Part shown: positions 1 through 10,303 of the stretch, in pieces
Numbering within the stretch: position 1 is the first letter of the stretch
Layout: each line of letters opens with the position of its first letter
NCBI GenBank assembly: GCA_041600715.1
Contig: JBFIJM010000001.1
Location: 384,387-448,386, forward strand
Length of the DNA stretch: 64,000 nucleotides
DNA from: Candidatus Saccharimonadales bacterium
GTDB taxonomy: Bacteria > Patescibacteriota > Saccharimonadia > Saccharimonadales > 2-12-FULL-41-12
Reading direction: 5' to 3'
The notes under the pieces: model-generated
Seen by the model: only the letters and a program-made list of their open reading frames with translations
Told to the model about the DNA's origin: nothing
Database searches by the model: none
Program-made: the position numbers and the translations under genes

Positions 1-439
1 GGTTAGGAGTACTAGTTATTTTAAGTTTGTCGGATTCTTTTAATAACCAAACCCAGCCACTTCCAAAACGAGCAACTGCTTCTTTACCGAAATCTTCCTT
101 AAACTGCTCGAAGCTTCCGAATGAATCAACAAACATATCATGAAGTCTACCTTGGGGCAAACCGCCAGTGTTTGGAGCCATGCATTCCCAAAAAAATGAA
201 TGGTTCCAGTGACCCCCACCATTATTCCTAACTACGTTTCTAATATTGTCTGGAAGACTATTTAGATCAGACAGAAGAGTTTCGATATCTGTATCCGCCC
301 ATTCTGTATTCTTAATTGCATCATTAAGTTTATCAACATAAGTTTGGTGATGCTTACTATGATGGAGTTCCATGGTCTGTGAGTCGATATAAGGCTCAAG
401 ATCACTATACTCATACGTAATCTTTGGTAATGTAAACAT
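1..439 (-). CDS. Fe/Mn-family superoxide dismutase (C-terminus cut by window edge)
   Basis: Own translation from ATG 439-437 (minus): MFTLPKITYEYSDLEPYIDSQTMELHHSKHHQTYVDKLN...NNGGGHWNHSFFWECM...FGSGWVWLL. Open-ended, so absent from the ORF track; track ORF 40..222 is an off-frame artefact inside it. Confidence 0.85.
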   Translation of the reverse strand, partial: MFTLPKITYEYSDLEPYIDSQTMELHHSKHHQTYVDKLNDAIKNTEWADTDIETLLSDLNSLPDNIRNVVRNNGGGHWNHSFFWECMAPNTGGLPQGRLHDMFVDSFGSFEQFKEDFGKEAVARFGSGWVWLLKESDKLKITSTPN

Positions 440-440
440 A

Positions 441-1226
441 TTATTCTCCTTTGGGTTTATATAACATAATAATCATAAATTCTGGTATTTTACTCAGTTT
501 CTGATAATCTTTCAGTGATATTTCTCGCATTTTCACTGCTGGTACAGGCTCAACAATACTCTCTATCAAAAATCCTGGGCTTGTGAGCTCTGACGAAATC
601 TCAGCTATAGGCTTAAACCAAGTAGTGACAGTACCCTTCCCCAGGGCATCACTTGATGACCGACGCTTCATAAGATCACCACTAATCTGATAGCTATTAC
701 TTATTTTATCTTTGATAATCTCGATTTTTTCAACCCGTTGTTTGTCAGTATTCTCAGACTCGTTAATTCCGGCGTTAACAGGATGATTAAACGATAATAA
801 AAACCGAGAGCCAGGCTTTAACACCCTATATACTTCTGACGCTGTTTTAGTCCAGTCTTCAATATAATGAATAGAAAGGCTAGCGTAAGCAAAACTAAAA
901 GTTTCGTCCGAAAAAGTTAACTTCTCCATATCCATTGTCATAAAATGGCAGTCTGGATGGCTTTGTGATGCTATCTTTATCATGGCTGACGAAATATCAA
1001 TACCTACTGATTCTTTTGCGCCACTTTTCTTCATGTGATAACTATCCTCACCACTTCCACACCCAAGACTAAGGACTGTTTTGTTGGTTAAGTCTGGTAG
1101 CAATGAATACATTGCCGGCTTCTCATACAAAGAATGGTAGACCGACTCGTGATGATTTCGGACATGATCAGTATAATTACTTGCATTATTGTTATACCAA
1201 TCAATACTCTCTTTGTTGGTACTCAT
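441..1226 (-). CDS. class I SAM-dependent methyltransferase
   Basis: Motif I VLSLGCGSGED. Track ORF 441..1286 trimmed to Met21 (ATG at 1226), which abuts the trmD stop at 1228. Confidence 0.7.
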   Translation of the reverse strand: MSTNKESIDWYNNNASNYTDHVRNHHESVYHSLYEKPAMYSLLPDLTNKTVLSLGCGSGEDSYHMKKSGAKESVGIDISSAMIKIASQSHPDCHFMTMDMEKLTFSDETFSFAYASLSIHYIEDWTKTASEVYRVLKPGSRFLLSFNHPVNAGINESENTDKQRVEKIEIIKDKISNSYQISGDLMKRRSSSDALGKGTVTTWFKPIAEISSELTSPGFLIESIVEPVPAVKMREISLKDYQKLSKIPEFMIIMLYKPKGE

Positions 1227-1227
1227 A

Positions 1228-1878
1228 TTAGGACGCCCTTTCTGAGTTTTTTTGGCGCCAAGCCTCGATTTCTGCATGGTTACCACTTAGTAGCACGTCT
1301 GGTACATTCATACCTCTAAAATTTTCTGGACGCGTATAGTGTGGGTGCTCTAGCGTTCTACCGTCGCTAAAGCTTTCTTTCAGTGCGCTGGTTTCACCTC
1401 CCAATACTCCAGGGAGCAATCTTACTACACTGTCCACGAACACCATTGCGGGTAGCTCCCCGCCAGTTAAGACATAATCTCCAATCGAGACCGTATGGTC
1501 TACAAGCTTCATCACTCGCTCATCAATACCTTCATATCGCCCACAAACTATAATCATTCCCATATTCTCATCAGCTACCTTTTGAGACATAGCCTGGGTT
1601 AATCTAGTTCCTCTGGGTCCCATAAAATACACTCTTGCAGTCGGATCAATTGACTTAGCATGTTCGACTGCGTTAAATAACGGTTCAGGCTTAAGTAACA
1701 TCCCATCTCCTCCGCCGTAAGGCGTGTCGTCTACAGTTTTTCGTGGGCCAATTCCAAAGTCTCTTAGATTAATGTAACTATAGTTTGTTATGCCCTTATC
1801 TTTCGCCTTAAACAACATGCTTGTTTCAAGCATCGGAGGGAACATTTCCGGGAAAAGTGATATAAACTGAATTTTCAT
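1228..1878 (-). CDS. trmD: tRNA (guanine37-N1)-methyltransferase
   Basis: PYGGGDGMLLKPEP and VCGRYEGIDERV motifs, 216 aa, in the rpsP-KH-trmD neighbourhood. Confidence 0.9.
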   Translation of the reverse strand: MKIQFISLFPEMFPPMLETSMLFKAKDKGITNYSYINLRDFGIGPRKTVDDTPYGGGDGMLLKPEPLFNAVEHAKSIDPTARVYFMGPRGTRLTQAMSQKVADENMGMIIVCGRYEGIDERVMKLVDHTVSIGDYVLTGGELPAMVFVDSVVRLLPGVLGGETSALKESFSDGRTLEHPHYTRPENFRGMNVPDVLLSGNHAEIEAWRQKNSERAS

Positions 1879-1894
1879 TACTACCTATTGTCTC

Positions 1895-1925
1895 ATAAAA
1901 TAAAACAACCCGGGCATAACCCGGG
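1895..1925 (-). terminator. rho-independent terminator downstream of the KH-protein gene
   Basis: Hairpin CCCGGG-CATAA-CCCGGG (1909..1925), followed on the minus strand by TTGTTTTATTTTAT. Confidence 0.5.
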
Positions 1926-2060
1926 GCGTTTTATCACATAAAGCTCCAATTCAATTTTTGAATTGCTCGCATTGAGCTGTATTTTTTATCTTTAGTCACT
2001 AGACTAGATTGATTGTAGCAAATGAAATAAAGTCACGCAAGTTACTAATAAACTTACCTA

Positions 2061-2483
2061 CTAAACGTCAAGATCGTCAAGATCAGCCAATTCTCGTCTT
2101 GCTTTTGCAACTGCGTCACTTTCCTGCTCTTGATCGTCACTAACTTCTACCTGCGGACTGTTTTCTGTCGGTTTCGCATCATCGTCTCCACCCCATACTG
2201 CTTTCGGTTCGTCAGCAGGCCCGTTATTATTGCTTCCTACTCCGTTATCAACAATTTTTAGGTTATATCTAGCGTCATTTTTTGTCCCTAATGCTCGTAG
2301 CAATGTCCTTACACTTTGTGCGGTTGCTCCGCGCTTGCCGATAACACGACCGAGATCTTCTGGATCAACAGTCAGCTCTAGCAATACACCTTTCTCATCT
2401 ATTCTCCGCTCTACGACTACCGCCTCAGGCTTCGTCACTAATGATTTAATTACAAATTCAACAAATTGCTGGTCAATACTCAC
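2061..2483 (-). CDS. KH-domain RNA-binding protein (YlqC/UPF0109-like) with acidic C-terminal tail
   Basis: VIGKRGATAQSVRTLL GxxG KH motif; classic position next to rpsP. Confidence 0.75.
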   Translation of the reverse strand: MSIDQQFVEFVIKSLVTKPEAVVVERRIDEKGVLLELTVDPEDLGRVIGKRGATAQSVRTLLRALGTKNDARYNLKIVDNGVGSNNNGPADEPKAVWGGDDDAKPTENSPQVEVSDDQEQESDAVAKARRELADLDDLDV

Positions 2484-2599
2484 AAGTTTATCCCCTTTAT
2501 TAGTTGCTTAACACTACCAGTATAGCAAAATATCCCGGCACGCTACCAGGATAATTATATTAATTAATAGCAGTCTGGTTAGACAATTCTACTCTATGC

Positions 2600-3043
2600 T
2601 TATTTAGTAGTTTCGGTTTCGTCAGCTTCGACAGGCGCATCAGCTTCAGGTGCTTTCTCAGCTACCTCGACGGTTGGTTCAGTTGTTTCTGCTTCTGGCT
2701 CTGATATCTCTTCTGCCACAGCTTCGACTGGGTTATTTTTACGTAACTTCTCTGGGTTACGGATAGTTCGAGTTTTGGTTGATGCCTCTGTCTTCACCCA
2801 AGATGGCAATTTAACCCCTTCGCTCTGGAGTAGGCGCACGACGCGCGGAGAAGGCTGTGCGCCATGATCAAGGTAGAATGTTGCTTTTTCTTTCACTAAC
2901 GTGGTCGTTTTAGTGTGTGGATCATAACTTCCAAGTAGCGCGACATACTTACCGCTAGTAGGCGTCTGTCGACTGTCTTGTACTACCACACGGTAGGTTG
3001 GATGACCTTTACGGCCCAAACGTTGCATTCTAATTGCTAACAT
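2600..3043 (-). CDS. rpsP: 30S ribosomal protein S16 with acidic C-terminal extension
   Basis: MLAIRMQRLGRKGHPTYRVVV... N-terminal S16 core; Glu/Ala/Thr-rich tail. Confidence 0.9.
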   Translation of the reverse strand: MLAIRMQRLGRKGHPTYRVVVQDSRQTPTSGKYVALLGSYDPHTKTTTLVKEKATFYLDHGAQPSPRVVRLLQSEGVKLPSWVKTEASTKTRTIRNPEKLRKNNPVEAVAEEISEPEAETTEPTVEVAEKAPEADAPVEADETETTK

Positions 3044-3125
3044 ATAGTAACGATTCTCTCTTTCTTATCAATCCATGTCGTCTTCGAACATCAAGACGGT
3101 TTTCTAAAATCAATTCTGTACTATT

Positions 3126-3857
3126 CTACAGATTATCGTCTCTGTTGTCAATCTGTTTCTTTTTAGCCTTATAATAATCGAGGGCTTCGCCGGCTGCTTC
3201 CTGCTGTCCCATCTGTTTGCTAGGGCCCTGTCCTTTACCTCTAATTTTGCCGTTCACAAAGACACCGATAGTAAACACTTTATCATGATCAGGTCCTACT
3301 TCTTCTAAAACTTTATATACCGGTGTAAAGCCTTCTACACTCTGTGAAAGCTCTTGCAGATGACTTTTTGCGTCCATCCATGATCCAGACTGTAAAATAG
3401 CTGGTAGCGTGCTAAGAAGTGATTTTACAATAAATTCTTTAGATGCCTCATAGCCACAATCAAGATAGATGGCGCCTATAACTGCTTCATAGCAGTTTGC
3501 CAAAATCTGCAGTCTTGCCCGTGGAGTGCCTCTTTTTTCTCCACGACTTAACCTTAGAAGCGGTTCAAAGTCGTGGTCTGATGCTGCGGCACCAATACTC
3601 TCTGTTCTTACCAGCGCACTTCTCCAGTTAGTAAGTATCCCTTCTGGCTCTTCATATGTTTTATACAGATACTCAGTCACTACCAGCTCCAAAACAGCGT
3701 CGCCAAGAAACTCAAGACGCTCATTATGCACCCGAGCTGTTTTCTTATGTTCGTTTACATAAGAACGGTGCGTAAAGGCAGTAACCAGTAAATCTACATC
3801 ATTGAACTCTACGTTTAATGTGTTTTGTGCAAACTCAGTGTATTTCTTTATATCCAT
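3126..3857 (-). CDS. rnc: ribonuclease III
   Basis: ERLEFLGDAVLE signature plus a C-terminal dsRBD-like region. Confidence 0.9.
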   Translation of the reverse strand: MDIKKYTEFAQNTLNVEFNDVDLLVTAFTHRSYVNEHKKTARVHNERLEFLGDAVLELVVTEYLYKTYEEPEGILTNWRSALVRTESIGAAASDHDFEPLLRLSRGEKRGTPRARLQILANCYEAVIGAIYLDCGYEASKEFIVKSLLSTLPAILQSGSWMDAKSHLQELSQSVEGFTPVYKVLEEVGPDHDKVFTIGVFVNGKIRGKGQGPSKQMGQQEAAGEALDYYKAKKKQIDNRDDNL

Positions 3858-3886
3858 CTGTTAAATTTAGTTTATTGTAATACTGC

Positions 3887-4387
3887 TTACAAACCAGCCT
3901 GTCTTATATTTTTTAGACCCAATAAAAACAATTTACTTATATCTTCATATTCAATCTTATCAAGTGCTTCATTGGCGCTAAACCAACCAATTCCGTTCAT
4001 CCAATCTTCTGGTTTTAGCTTGTCAGTATCACCTTGAGCTTGCACCAAAAAAATTTCAGTTGTCATTAATACCAAACTAGTCACTCGTCGATAACGGAAG
4101 TTGATTTTACCAAGCCAATTCAATACTTTCATCTCCTGTAATCCAGTCTCTTCACGTATCTCCCGTTCGGCAGTTTGTCGTGCTGACTCACCTTCCTCGA
4201 TATGTCCTTTGGGTATAGTCCATCTGTTTTTAGCGTCTTGTATCAATAGTATTTCTATCTCATTATTTTTTTTATTTCGCCTAAACACCATTCCACCACT
4301 AGTGGGCTCTCTTACAACCTCGTTTATTGCTGGCTTTCGGCGAGGCATAAACTTTTTTATACCTTGCATTGGTTTTGGTCGTTTCAT
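3887..4387 (-). CDS. NUDIX hydrolase
   Basis: Nudix box [22 protein letters not shown]; ATGA overlap with the nusB stop. Confidence 0.75.
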   Translation of the reverse strand: MKRPKPMQGIKKFMPRRKPAINEVVREPTSGGMVFRRNKKNNEIEILLIQDAKNRWTIPKGHIEEGESARQTAEREIREETGLQEMKVLNWLGKINFRYRRVTSLVLMTTEIFLVQAQGDTDKLKPEDWMNGIGWFSANEALDKIEYEDISKLFLLGLKNIRQAGL

Positions 4388-4860
4388 TGTTTTGCTTCTT
4401 TCTTGTTCGCGGTGTCTAGTTCGGAAGCAAGATCTGGATTAATCTGTCTCAAGAATGACCCCAACACACCGTTAATAAATTTGGATGAATTATCTCCACC
4501 ATAAGCTTTCGCAAGCTCAACACATTCGTTTATCACTACCTTTGGAGGAACATCTGGCTGTGATTCTAGCTCGTATGCACCCATCCTTAGAAGTAAATGA
4601 TCAATTCTTGCAATGTGGGCAAGTGGCCACTCTGGTGCTAAAGGCTGTAATTTCTCGTCTAAGCCCTCACTCTGGTCCAATACTCCAGTTACATACTTAG
4701 CAATAAAGTTATGGTCGTTTTTTGCCGCCTTATAACGGTTCATATTCCGAACTACTACTGCCTTACGATCAAGAGTCTTGTCTTCGCATGCACTCCTAAT
4801 GGTAATCTCGTAGAGACTTTGTAATACGATGATCCGACCAAGGTGTCTATTTGATGCCAT
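4384..4860 (-). CDS. nusB: transcription antitermination factor NusB
   Basis: 158 aa all-helical protein with a NusB-like C-terminus ([22 protein letters not shown]). Confidence 0.8.
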   Translation of the reverse strand: MASNRHLGRIIVLQSLYEITIRSACEDKTLDRKAVVVRNMNRYKAAKNDHNFIAKYVTGVLDQSEGLDEKLQPLAPEWPLAHIARIDHLLLRMGAYELESQPDVPPKVVINECVELAKAYGGDNSSKFINGVLGSFLRQINPDLASELDTANKKEAKQ

Positions 4861-4943
4861 ATGTTCTCAAGTTGTTAATTATCGTTGTGCTGATGCTAAG
4901 TATAGCGGACTACGCCATAAAAAGCGTGTAAAAATAATTACGA

Positions 4944-5087
4944 TTATTTGTCCTTACCGGACTCTTTACGGGTTGTAAATGCTTTTACTGGGCTTTTGCC
5001 ATTTACGGCACGAGCTAGCTTTATCACAAGATGACTCCTGCGTGTTCCTGTTCGTCTATGACTTGTTCGTTTCTTTGGTTTACCCAT
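4944..5087 (-). CDS. rpmF: 50S ribosomal protein L32
   Basis: MGKPKKRTSHRRTGTRRSH. Track ORF trimmed to the internal ATG 5087, preceded by the GAGAGGA Shine-Dalgarno. Confidence 0.8.
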   Translation of the reverse strand: MGKPKKRTSHRRTGTRRSHLVIKLARAVNGKSPVKAFTTRKESGKDK

Positions 5088-5206
5088 AGATAATCCTCTC
5101 TGTGTTACAGATCTTATTAAGTAGTTAGGCCCTATTGTACCGTGTTTACCTCTAAAACACAAGAGTTAGCGATATTCTTTAACAGAGGTATGCGTCAAAA
5201 TATATA

Positions 5207-5235
5207 TTGACAATCTATAGCATAAGTGCTATAAT
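5207..5235 (+). promoter_or_regulatory. consensus sigma70-type promoter TTGACA-N17-TATAAT
   Basis: TTGACA 5207..5212, 17-nt spacer, TATAAT 5230..5235. The ATG at 5243 lies 7 nt after the -10. Confidence 0.7.
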
Positions 5236-5242
5236 GTATTAC

Positions 5243-5662
5243 ATGAAAAAAGATTCATACGTTTCATCATTCAATCGAGCCGTGGACAAGTTCGCCCAAA
5301 GCCCTGAACCATTGACGCCCCAAGAGATTTCCGAACGACGCACTTCTAAGACGTATTCGACATCGCGCTTCCCAAGGATTGCGCGCTGGACCACAGCTGG
5401 GCTTGCGGGACTTGCCTTTGCGCATTTCACATATGACACAAGCCCCAGTTGTGAAGGCTCTAAAAAAGTAAACGTTCAACCTGGCAACACTGTGGCCGGC
5501 TTATTATCTAACCATGTACAAGCACCCGATGGTTATGTTGATCTAAGACAGATTGATTACAGTGTAGAACGAATAAACATGGATGGAACTGTAACTAACC
5601 TGGCTAAAACTGCCCTTATTACTCCTGGTGATGTAGTTACTATGCCTGTAACCTGTAAGTAA
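5243..5662 (+). CDS. membrane-anchored hypothetical protein with degenerate LysM-like C-terminus
   Basis: Track ORF 5207..5662 trimmed to ATG 5243 because 5207-5235 is the promoter. TM segment WTTAGLAGLAFAHF; VQPGNTVAGLL...ITPGDVVTMP. Confidence 0.5.
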   Translation: MKKDSYVSSFNRAVDKFAQSPEPLTPQEISERRTSKTYSTSRFPRIARWTTAGLAGLAFAHFTYDTSPSCEGSKKVNVQPGNTVAGLLSNHVQAPDGYVDLRQIDYSVERINMDGTVTNLAKTALITPGDVVTMPVTCK

Positions 5663-5667
5663 ACGGT

Positions 5668-8109
5668 CTAAACCACAAAATTAACGAGTTTGTGAGCTAC
5701 GTAAATAGTTTTACGTAGCTCTTTTTCATGCAAATGTGAAGCAATCTTTTCATCGGATTTCACCATTGCAATAACCTCTTCTTCGCTAGCATTCGCCGGG
5801 ACAGAGACATTACCTCGCAACTTGCCGTTTATTTGCACTACTATCGTTATATCGTCAGTTTTTAGATAGTCCTCATTATGAGTTGGCCAGTTATCTTTAT
5901 TTACACTATCTTCGTTTCCTAGCTGATGCCACAATTCTTCGCTAATATGAGGCGCAAATGGCGCCACACACATTACTAAACTCTCTAGAGCGCTCTTCCA
6001 TACCTCGTTCTGACCCATGCAAACAACCTTGAGCTTAAACAACTCATTCACGCATGTCATCCCTGCAGAAATAGCCGTGTTGTACCGGTTTTCTTCGATA
6101 TCTATAGACATTTTTTTAATCATTGAGTGCTCGATATATTGTAGCTTCTTAATTTGATCTTCATTCAACACGACGTTATCTGAATCATTATATTCCTGTA
6201 CAAGGGTCCACATTCTGGTTAAAAACCGATGAGCTCCTGGCACTCCTTGCTCATCCCATCGTGCCCATATCTCAAGCGGGGCGGCAAACATTAAATATGT
6301 ACGTAGAGCATCAGCACCGTACCCTTGGTCAATTATTTCCAGCGGATCAACCCCATTGCCTTTTGACTTACTAAACATGGTGCCGTCGCTTGCAGTGACC
6401 TTCCCATTGAATAAAAACTGCTTAAATGGCTCCGGGCTGTTCACCAGGCCTAGTTTATAGAAAAACCTAGTAACAAACCTTGCATAAAGCAAATGAGCGG
6501 TTGCATGGTCGCCACCATTATAAAAATCAATAGGCATCCACTTATTAACAACATCCTTCTCAAATATCTGATTTGAGTTAGAGGGATCAAAGTAACGAAG
6601 CATATACCAACTACTACAGATATAAGTATCTAGAGTATCTGTCTCTCGCTCAGCCTTGCCTCCACACTGTGGACAATCGACTTCTATCCAGTCTACCGCA
6701 CGTGCCAAAGCACTGCGTCCATCACCGCTAGGCTGAAAGTCATCTAATTCTGGAAGAATTACAGGGAGATGATCGTCCGGCAAAAGCACCTCTCCACACT
6801 CTTTACAATTAACAATAGGGATAGGGGCTCCCCAATATCGCTGACGACTGACACTCCAATCTCGCATTTTGTAGTTAATTTTTTCTGATGCCACCGCAAC
6901 GTCAGAGAGATCAGACACAATTTGCTCACGAATATCAGATGAAGCTATGCCATCATATTTTCCAGAGTTAATCATTACCCCTTCGCTATTTGTACACTCG
7001 TCGTCAGTAGCTTCATTTTGTATAACCCTAATGATTGGGAGATTATATTTTTTTGCAAACTCATGATCCCGCTCGTCATGTGCTGGGACTGCCATGATTG
7101 CGCCTGTCCCATAGCCTGTTAATACATAGTCGGCGGTCCAAATTGGTATTTGCTCATTATTTGCAGGATTAATAGCGTATGCCCCAGTAAATACGCCTGT
7201 TTTCCCCTTGCTGGCTTGACGCTCTAATTCTGTTTTTAGCTGTGTAGCCTTTACGTATTCCTCTACTGTACTTCTTTGCTCATCACTAGTTAATGTTTTG
7301 ACAAGGTGGTGTTCTGGTGCCAGTACCAAAAATGTAACACCATACAATGTGTCTGGTCTCGTGGTAAAGACTTTAACATGCTCGTCAGTATTAGTAACTA
7401 GAAAGTTGATCTCAGCACCTTTTGACTTGCCTATCCAGTTTTTTTGAGCTAATTTAACACTTTCTGTCCAGTCAAGGTCATCAATGGCTTCAAGTAGCTC
7501 TTCTGCGTAATCAGTTATCTTAAAGAACCATTGCTTGACTTCCTTTTGTTTAACTATTGGATCATCAGGATTGTCATGGCGCCAACACTTGCCGTCAATA
7601 ACTTGTTCATTAGCAAGAACAGTTTGGCATTTTTCACACCACCACTGCATTCGGGCGTCCTGATAGGCTAAGCCATTCCGATACATTTCTGAGAAGATCC
7701 ACTGGGTCCATTTGTAGTACTCAGGAGTATGTGTGGCGATCTCCTTAGTCCAATCGTTACTCCAGCCCATTGCTTTATAAGCTTTATGATAGCCGGGTAT
7801 CAGTGACTTCATGCTCTGTTGCGGGCTCATGCCTTCTTTGATTGCGCGGTTTTCTGCCGGTAACCCAAAAGAGTCCCAGCCTACAGGGTGATAACTTTCG
7901 TAACCTTGCTGACGCTTATATCGAGCCTTAACATCACTTATGGTGTAGTTCATGGCATGCCCAATGTGTAAGTTACCGCTCGGATAATTAAACATACTCA
8001 TACCTACATACTTCGTTTTGTCGCTATGCAAATCGGCTACATAGGTATGGTTCTCATCCCACCATGCTTGCCATTTAGGCTCGATCTCTTTTGGATTATA
8101 TCGCTTCAT
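5668..8109 (-). CDS. leuS: leucine--tRNA ligase
   Basis: 813 aa with HIGH (GNLHIGH) and KMSKS-like (FSKSKGN) motifs and a CP1 editing domain. Confidence 0.95.
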   Translation of the reverse strand: MKRYNPKEIEPKWQAWWDENHTYVADLHSDKTKYVGMSMFNYPSGNLHIGHAMNYTISDVKARYKRQQGYESYHPVGWDSFGLPAENRAIKEGMSPQQSMKSLIPGYHKAYKAMGWSNDWTKEIATHTPEYYKWTQWIFSEMYRNGLAYQDARMQWWCEKCQTVLANEQVIDGKCWRHDNPDDPIVKQKEVKQWFFKITDYAEELLEAIDDLDWTESVKLAQKNWIGKSKGAEINFLVTNTDEHVKVFTTRPDTLYGVTFLVLAPEHHLVKTLTSDEQRSTVEEYVKATQLKTELERQASKGKTGVFTGAYAINPANNEQIPIWTADYVLTGYGTGAIMAVPAHDERDHEFAKKYNLPIIRVIQNEATDDECTNSEGVMINSGKYDGIASSDIREQIVSDLSDVAVASEKINYKMRDWSVSRQRYWGAPIPIVNCKECGEVLLPDDHLPVILPELDDFQPSGDGRSALARAVDWIEVDCPQCGGKAERETDTLDTYICSSWYMLRYFDPSNSNQIFEKDVVNKWMPIDFYNGGDHATAHLLYARFVTRFFYKLGLVNSPEPFKQFLFNGKVTASDGTMFSKSKGNGVDPLEIIDQGYGADALRTYLMFAAPLEIWARWDEQGVPGAHRFLTRMWTLVQEYNDSDNVVLNEDQIKKLQYIEHSMIKKMSIDIEENRYNTAISAGMTCVNELFKLKVVCMGQNEVWKSALESLVMCVAPFAPHISEELWHQLGNEDSVNKDNWPTHNEDYLKTDDITIVVQINGKLRGNVSVPANASEEEVIAMVKSDEKIASHLHEKELRKTIYVAHKLVNFVV

Positions 8110-8125
8110 TGATTAACAGTATAAC

Positions 8126-9043
8126 CTAAGAGGTTATATCAAGAGAATAATCGCGTGCAACTAACTCTATAAAACGCTCAGATAGCTCTGACATTTTCAT
8201 GCCGGCATATTCGGCCGACAACGGGAATAAGCTTTGTTCAGTAAGACCTGGCATAGTGTTTATTTCTAGAACGTGCATTGAGCCCGACTGGTCGATCATT
8301 ATATCCACTCTCGACAAGTGTCGGCAGTTCATGACGCTATTAACATGTTTAGCGAGTGTTTGCGCGTACTCTTGCTCAGTACTACTCACTAAAGTAGGGG
8401 GACATAGCTCCTGAGATTTGCCGTTATACTTGTTTTCGTAATCAAATTCGCCCTTTGGAGGAGGATGTATCTCGACGACCGGTAGAGCCACCCCGTCAAG
8501 TATCGGCACGGTTATCTCAATACCTGTTATCAGTTCTTCTATTATCATTTTACGGCCAGCAAAAGCTTCTTCTGCGTTTATTTTTCGTGAAATATCCCTA
8601 ATTATATGTGTACCCAAGCTCGAACCACCATCTACAGTCTTAAGGACGTGTGGCTTTTTTGCCAAATAATGCCCCTTATAATCTTTTAAAGATATATAGT
8701 CTGCTTTTGGCATTGGTATAAGTTTGGACACTAATATCCGCCGGGCTAGCCACTTATCAAAACTGTTTTTTGATGCTTTTGAGTCTGATCCGAGGTAGGG
8801 GATTTTATTTTTTTCAAGAAGCTTCTGCACTTGCCCATCTTCACCAAATGTACCGTGCAGAATTGGCAGTACTATGTTTTGTTTCTCGGTCTGAATGTAT
8901 TCTTGGCTCTCTCCTGGGTCAATAAATTCTGCGTTGTAGCCAGCCTTAAATAACCCTTCGTAAACAGAACGACTCGAACGAAGCGACACCTCTCGCTCAT
9001 CAGAAATTCCACCGCCAAGAACTATAATTTTTGGCTTAGCCAT
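8126..9043 (-). CDS. ddl: D-alanine--D-alanine ligase
   Basis: ATP-grasp protein, LEINTMPGLTEQSLFP C-terminal motif, adjacent to murF. Confidence 0.9.
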   Translation of the reverse strand: MAKPKIIVLGGGISDEREVSLRSSRSVYEGLFKAGYNAEFIDPGESQEYIQTEKQNIVLPILHGTFGEDGQVQKLLEKNKIPYLGSDSKASKNSFDKWLARRILVSKLIPMPKADYISLKDYKGHYLAKKPHVLKTVDGGSSLGTHIIRDISRKINAEEAFAGRKMIIEELITGIEITVPILDGVALPVVEIHPPPKGEFDYENKYNGKSQELCPPTLVSSTEQEYAQTLAKHVNSVMNCRHLSRVDIMIDQSGSMHVLEINTMPGLTEQSLFPLSAEYAGMKMSELSERFIELVARDYSLDITS

Positions 9044-10285
9044 TTATACTAAATTTAGCTTTCGTTTCTTGGTGCGCCACTCGCTTGACTGACGCACAAG
9101 TTTTCGAGCATGATCCGGATTTGCGAGAAGTAACTTTACAGCCTCCTCAGCAAACACACCGTTTTGTGATCCTTTTGCTAGGATTACTGCGTCTCGGGAA
9201 AGTACGCTTATAATATATTCTCCCGCGTCTTTTGGATTATTGGCACGATAAACCTTGCATCCTCTTTTCTCAGCCTCATGAGCAATGTATGTATTCGCGT
9301 CTTTTCCTAGAGTTATTACATAGTCAATTTTTTCTGGATCGCAGTATCTCCCCACCGAACGATGATGACGTACAGAATCATCGCCCAGTTCGTTCATCAT
9401 CCCCAATAATGCAATCCTTTGCTTTGCCGGAAAAGAATATAAAGTATCCAAAGCAATTTTTGTAGCTTCTGGACTAGCGTTATATGTATCATCAATTATA
9501 GTGCTGAGCTTATGTCCCTTTAGTAATTGTAGTCTCCCTGGTGCGGAATGTACGCTTCCAAGTCGTATTTCGAGTTTATCTGCGGGCTCGCCAACTAATA
9601 TCCCGACCAGGAAGGCTGATGTCCTTGAAAAAACTTGTGCTTCACTTATTACAGAGGACTTAACGCGGTAATTTTTATCCCCTAATTTGATCTGCCAATC
9701 GGTTATTGGTCGTTTCTGGGACAAGTGCACTTTATATATGTCTTCTGTTCGTATTCTCTTTAAATAGCCTGGTGCACACAAGTCGCCGTTAACAATAAGT
9801 TTTTTGCTGAACTTACGAACAGCTAATTCTTCCTTAGCTACCGCCTCTAGACTGTCGAAATACTGCATGTGTTCTGGACCAATCGATGTAACCACTCCGA
9901 TATCTAGGTATAAATATTTTTTAAACTGCGAAATCTGGCCTGGCCCGTCAGTGCCAAGCTCAACAACTACAACATCACATGGGAAAGGGTGTCTTAGTTG
10001 TTGTTCGATCTTAATAAATGTCAACAACCAAGCCAAAGGGTTAAATAGGGAAGGCAGTTCTAGACCAAAAAAAATCAAAGGAACACTTACGATATCATTA
10101 TAATTCCCCTTTTGATATCTAACATTATGCGTGTGTTCCAGAACCTCTGCGATGGCCAGTTTTGTGCTGGTTTTACCATAACTACCAACCACCCCAATGA
10201 CTGTAAAGCTGTTTTTTTGGCGAAGTCTCCGCACTTGCCAGCCCAGTACGGCAGTAACCGCATACTTTAAAATCTTCTTCGCCAT
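9044..10285 (-). CDS. murF: UDP-N-acetylmuramoyl-tripeptide--D-alanyl-D-alanine ligase
   Basis: Mur ligase P-loop GVVGSYGKTSTK and DDTYNASPEA motif, abutting ddl. Confidence 0.8.
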   Translation of the reverse strand: MAKKILKYAVTAVLGWQVRRLRQKNSFTVIGVVGSYGKTSTKLAIAEVLEHTHNVRYQKGNYNDIVSVPLIFFGLELPSLFNPLAWLLTFIKIEQQLRHPFPCDVVVVELGTDGPGQISQFKKYLYLDIGVVTSIGPEHMQYFDSLEAVAKEELAVRKFSKKLIVNGDLCAPGYLKRIRTEDIYKVHLSQKRPITDWQIKLGDKNYRVKSSVISEAQVFSRTSAFLVGILVGEPADKLEIRLGSVHSAPGRLQLLKGHKLSTIIDDTYNASPEATKIALDTLYSFPAKQRIALLGMMNELGDDSVRHHRSVGRYCDPEKIDYVITLGKDANTYIAHEAEKRGCKVYRANNPKDAGEYIISVLSRDAVILAKGSQNGVFAEEAVKLLLANPDHARKLVRQSSEWRTKKRKLNLV

Positions 10286-10303
10286 ACGATTATTATACCA
10301 AGT

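Noticed and set aside
40-222. Track ORF of 60 aa on the minus strand
   Set aside because: It lies off-frame inside the superoxide dismutase coding region, whose frame is open from 439 to the window edge.
8110-8125. T-box leaders upstream of leuS and alaS
   Set aside because: The upstream spacers are 16 nt (leuS) and 93 nt (alaS), too short for a T-box riboswitch, and no specifier or T-box sequence is seen.
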